Shown: piece by piece, positions 59,543 to 64,000 of the stretch
Position numbering within the stretch: the stretch's first letter is position 1
Layout of the letters: each line of letters opens with the position of its first letter
From: Selaginella moellendorffii
Taxonomy: Eukaryota > Plantae > Lycopodiophyta
Length of the DNA stretch: 64,000 nt
Reading direction: 5' to 3'
NCBI RefSeq assembly: GCF_000143415.4
Contig: NW_003314280.1
Span: forward strand, 434,001 to 498,000
The notes under the pieces: model-generated
The model's input: only the letters and a program-made list of their open reading frames with translations
Told to the model about the DNA's origin: nothing
Databases searched by the model: none
Program-made: the position numbers and the translations under genes

Positions 59543-62500
59543 CCCTTCCTCTCAGAATTGTGAATAAGTCAAGATTTGGAGAAACATTAAGAGGAGGCAT
59601 CAGTGGATCTATAGGTGGTGTCAATTGTTCTTGATCCCTTTGTACAAAGCGTTTTAGCCATTATATATGCATAATTTCTGGAGGATTAACTTGTTAGATG
59701 TTATGCCAAACCTCATATACTTGCAATCCAATTTGCCACAACACCTGATACGGTTTTTTCCACTGAGCAAGGAGCCCTTTAGATAAACTATGTACTATAA
59801 GATAAGGAAAATAGACTAACACCAAGTCATCCACTTTGTATTCCACAAGTGGACGATAATAAGAGTTGTAGTGCCGTTGTTGTTCCATTTATGTGCGGCT
59901 TAAGTGTTCAATAAGCTCTGTTGGGATAAGTGGAAGAATACTCATTAAATATTGATCCCACGATTTGGCATCGATAGCCCATGGCAATCATGAAGGTAAA
60001 CCCAACTCCATTGGTAATATTGGATTATAACTATATAGATGTTTAGAAATTTATATGGTAAAGCACTAATAAAACTTTGCACCCTTATGACATATGCATA
60101 TTGAAGAGACGGCAACCATCCCAATCCAAATGCTAAAAGTTCACATACTTCACAATCATCCCTTTAAATGTTAGAACGAGCCGTTCCACCAAACCTTCTA
60201 ATTATAGATGATAAACACTCGTGAAAGTGTGGCGTATCCCTAACTAAGATGTCAAAACATAAAATGCCTCAACCATAAATGCAAGATTATTATCTGAAAG
60301 AATCCGCTCTGGACAAAAATGCTAAAACACCACTCAATTAAGGAGGAAGTATCTAACAACAGTTGTAGAGGCGGTAGCAAGAGCACTAACTTCCACCCAA
60401 CGAGTCAGGTAATCAGAAGCAATAATAACATACTCATTGCCAGTAATCAATCATAGAAAAAGTTTCATAAGATTGAACACCACCAATTCAAACAAATGGG
60501 AAACTATAATTGACTCCAACCATCCTTCCACAGCATGAGGGGAAGTATTACGAGCTTAGCACCAAATGCAACTATGCACATACTGAATAACATCACGTTA
60601 TATTTCCGGCTAATAAAAAGACCTGTATAACTTCTTGATCACACGGCAATGTCCTATATGCCCGTATAGAACAGAAAAATCATGGTAGGCATGGAGAAAC
60701 TGTGGAATAAAGATTGAAGACACCACCAACCATAAATGATTATTAGGATTCATCCCTACAAAATAAAGAACATCTTCAAAGCAATATTGCAAATATAAAT
60801 GCCAAAATGGCAAGTTATTAGCAAGTGATGCAAGATTTTCAAACTTATGTTAAAGCCTTCAAATCCATAGCTCAATCTTTTGAGCATCGCAAACTTCATC
60901 AAGAAAAGGTAGATCTTGCTCTACACCTTGTGGACACTGAACATCAAGTACAACAACCACTGACAGCACAAAATCCTTGTCTAGAAAATCCATAAATACT
61001 GAAACAACAGACTCATCAAAAACATGAGAAGAGAGTGAAGAAGGAAGAGAAGCTTGAGAAAGGGCATCAGCATCAGCCATAAAACTCCCCAAGCGATGAA
61101 TAATATCAAAATTATATATTTGAAGCTTCAAAGCCCACTTAGTAGTATGACCAACCAAGTTCTTTCGCTTTAATAATTAAGTAATGGCAATATAATCACT
61201 TTCTAATAACGTCTAAAAACCATGTAAATATGCATGAAGTTTATTGAAACCCCAGACTGCTGCTAAACACTCTTTCTCTATCATGGAATAGTTCACCTTC
61301 ATGTAAGCCACAAATTTTTCCTTTCCAATTTGCCAGCTTACCTCGCCTATCCGACCAACTCCGCCTTGGCTTGTGCTAAGTTCCCTCGCCAAGGTTCTCG
61401 CCTATGGTGCCAGCTCCTACTTGGTTTCAACTACTTACTGCACGAGCAACGGAGTGTTAGCCATCCATCTACGGATTCCCAAATCTCTCCCAATCCCCCT
61501 CCCCGGGTTAGACTGGACTTAAGGTTCGGCTACACTCCCCGCAGGCACAAGCAGCCAAGCACACCAAGCCTCCAGATTCCTAACTCCCCAAGGTATCACA
61601 AGGCTTGATCATGGGACCCTCTAAATCCCAAGCCTTGGGTGCAGCACTTGCTTCGGGACGTCGGGGCGAAACACCGTGGCCTAACGGCCCGGTATGGGTA
61701 CCTCTAGCCCCCCTCTTCCATCCCGAAGGAAAGGCCCAAGCCCCCGGAAGGGCGAGGACCAATGAGCCACAAGGTACTCAAGTGGGGCACCACTCCACCT
61801 GAGCCGGGAGCACCGCAATCGGTTTCCCTTTCGGGAGTGGGAGCTGCTCTTGAGCACTTCCTTGGATGGCCCCTCCGGCACCAGCCAAGTCCATGCTCAC
61901 TCCCACCCAAGGCCCCTCGGTCCCAGTCCCAACCTCAAGTCGGTTTGGAAGCCCAACTGGAGAGTCCCTTCTAAACTGGTTCCTGGACCTCACTATCCCT
62001 ACTATACTTTTGGAACCCCCTGCAGCCCCCCCCCCCTGGGAGACGCACGCTTTGGGCTTTCACCCCTTGACCCGTATTAGTATTTGGACTTAGTCTCTGG
62101 CTCGATCTCGGACCCGATTTCGGATCCGACTTCGGATTCGGGTTCGGACTCGATCACGGACTCGATCTCGGACCCGATCTCGGACCCGACCTCGGACTCG
62201 ACCTCGGACTCGGTCTCGGACCCGATTTCGGATCCGGACTCCGTCTCGAACTCGGTCTCGAACTCGGACTCGAACTCGGTCCCCGAGTCGGTCTCGGATT
62301 CGATTCCGGACTCTATCTCGAACTCGGTCCTAGAGTCGGTCTTGGACTCGATCCTCGACTTGGTCCCATCCGATGAACTCTTTGTCACTTCGGTCAAGCT
62401 TTTGGGGATCCTTTAGCCTACGACATCTCGGGGAGTCGGTTCCTTACAACTCCACCACCCATAGAAGAAGTTCGATGCCCACATCGAACGTCTCGTTTTA

Positions 62501-63233
62501 TCCTACGACTTGTTGTCCATGTCTCCGGGGGCATCCCCCCACTTAGCGGTGTGCCTAAGTTAGCCTCCCCGGCCAAGAGCCCATGACAACGGAATATAGG
62601 TGTCCCTATATTCCTCACCTCACCACGCCCTAGTATAGGGTCGGGACTTGAACCCAGCCTTGCTTTACTAGGGGGTTGGGACTCGAACCCAACCTCCGTA
62701 GAATACGTCTACGGATTCGACATCCCCGCAGGGAGTCGGGCGTAGTGCCCTACGCCTGGTCGACCTATCCAACCCATGCTAATTAGCTTACCTTTGGCGC
62801 GCCTTCGGGTCCCAACATATGCCATTTGCTCAACTTTGCAAATTGATATTTTTAATTGAATTTTGCATAAGTACATAAAGTTCTGCCTTACAGAAATTCC
62901 TCCACTAGATCTCGTGCGTTCGCTAGGTTCTCCTCCGGTTCCCATGTTGCTTCGCAGTGTGGAAATCCTTTCCACTTCACATGGAACTCTCTCACCTCGC
63001 GTCCTTGTCGCTTGCTCTTGCGCGCATTGAGGATGGCCTCGACTTCGTATTCCTCTTCCCCTTGGATAACCTCAGGTAAAGGTCTCACTTGGTCCTTGCG
63101 AAGCGGATCCTCAAAGTACGGCTTGAGTAAGTTCACGTGGAACACTGGGTGCATCTTCCCCATCTCTCGAGGAAGTCGGAGTCGGTAAGCCACTTTACCG
63201 ATTCGTGCCTCAATTTCATAAGGCCCCGCGAAC

Positions 63234-63285
63234 CTGCTTAAGGAACTCAAGATCAATTCATTTACAGGAATACATGCGTCTTTAC
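63234..63285 (-). other. 52-nt GT-AG intron inside the C2 integrase (GPY/F region)
   Basis: ACCCAAAG|gtaaag...ttccttaagcag|GTTCGCGGGGCCTTAT; removal gives KLTQRFAGPYEI. Confidence 0.82.
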
Positions 63286-63703
63286 CTTTGGGTCAACTTT
63301 CGGCTGATCCAGCTTGGTAGTCTGAGGTTCTTGGTGTTCAGCCACACCTTCTCCCCAGCTTGGAACTCCACATCCCGACGCTTTTGGTTCGCGTACTTAG
63401 TTTGCCTTTGTTGAGCCCGTTCCAAGGAATCCCTCACTAGATTCCAAATGTTGAGTCTTTCCGCCGTGAATGCCTCCACTGCGGGTAACTCTCCATGATA
63501 CTCGGCCACGCCGAGTTCCACAGGACCTTCAATAGCTCGCCCATTGATGACTTCCCATGGACTCACCCCGATGCTTGAGTGTGGTGAGTTGTTATAACAC
63601 ATTTCCGCAAGTCCCAAATGACTTACCCAGTCGGTCTGGTCTCCCGAGACATAGCATCGCAAATAATCCTCCAGCTGCCTATTCACCCTTTCCGTTTGTC
63701 CGT

Positions 63704-63750
63704 CTGTCAAGAAGTGTTAGTGCCATCAATCTTGACTTAATACCCATTAC
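63704..63750 (-). other. 47-nt GT-AG intron inside the C2 integrase catalytic core
   Basis: CACCCACAGACAG|gtaatg...cactaacacttcttgacag|ACGGACAAACGGAA; removal gives AYHPQTDGQTERVN. Branch point CACTAAC present. Confidence 0.85.
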
Positions 63751-64000
63751 CTGTCTGTGGGTGATAGGCTGTGCTGAATTTCAATTTGGTGCGATACTGT
63801 TCTAGGAGTGTCCTCCAGAACCTACTAGTGAAGATCTTATCTCGATCTGAGATAATCTCTTCCGGCCTTCCCCGCACTCGAACCACTTGTTCAAAGAACA
63901 GCTTCGCCACACCTTCTGCATCCACGTCCGTTGTGGTGGGTATGAAATGTGCCATCTTTGAAAATCGGTCCACCACCACGAATATCGCATCAAACCCCTC

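Larger units (their letters stand above)
52916..61301 (-). mobile_element. Highly decayed family-A gypsy copy 2 (3' LTR, integrase, part of RNase H), interrupted by C1, a Cassandra solo LTR and C2
   Basis: LTR split into 52916-53068 and 59242-59261, homologous to 9707-9880. 59543-61220 is colinear with 9890-12165, with many C-to-T/G-to-A changes. Confidence 0.88.
61302..64000 (-). mobile_element. Chromovirus family C copy 2 (3' LTR, 3' UTR, integrase and chromodomain; continues beyond the window)
   Basis: LTR 61302-62448, then PPT. The integrase-chromodomain frame 62888-64000 is open once the two introns are removed. Confidence 0.93.

Overview
Plant nuclear DNA from a very compact genome (introns of about 45-65 nt, intergenic spacers under 300 bp, tandem-SS and long-L PLS-type PPR genes). 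These traits fit the lycophyte Selaginella; this is an inference, not a database match. Layout: (1) 1-9.7 kb: a candidate miRNA hairpin, a PPR gene with decayed PPR copies, and a DUF569 gene. (2) 9.7-22.6 kb: an old Ty3/gypsy element (family A) holding a young 5S-bearing Cassandra-type TRIM and a 7.4-kb non-coding LTR element (B). (3) 22.9-52.7 kb: a gene island with DCC/DUF393, PPR, RBR, eIF2-gamma, tRNase Z, two convergent SBP-box genes (one with a miR156 site) and a PPR. (4) 52.9-64 kb: a second family-A copy holding two chromodomain gypsy copies (family C) and a Cassandra solo LTR. Main finding: the family-C integrase is split by two short canonical GT-AG introns whose removal restores conserved integrase motifs exactly. 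Family C also shares a covarying multi-hairpin RNA module with the non-coding element B. Together these suggest an intron-containing LTR retrotransposon and a non-autonomous partner.
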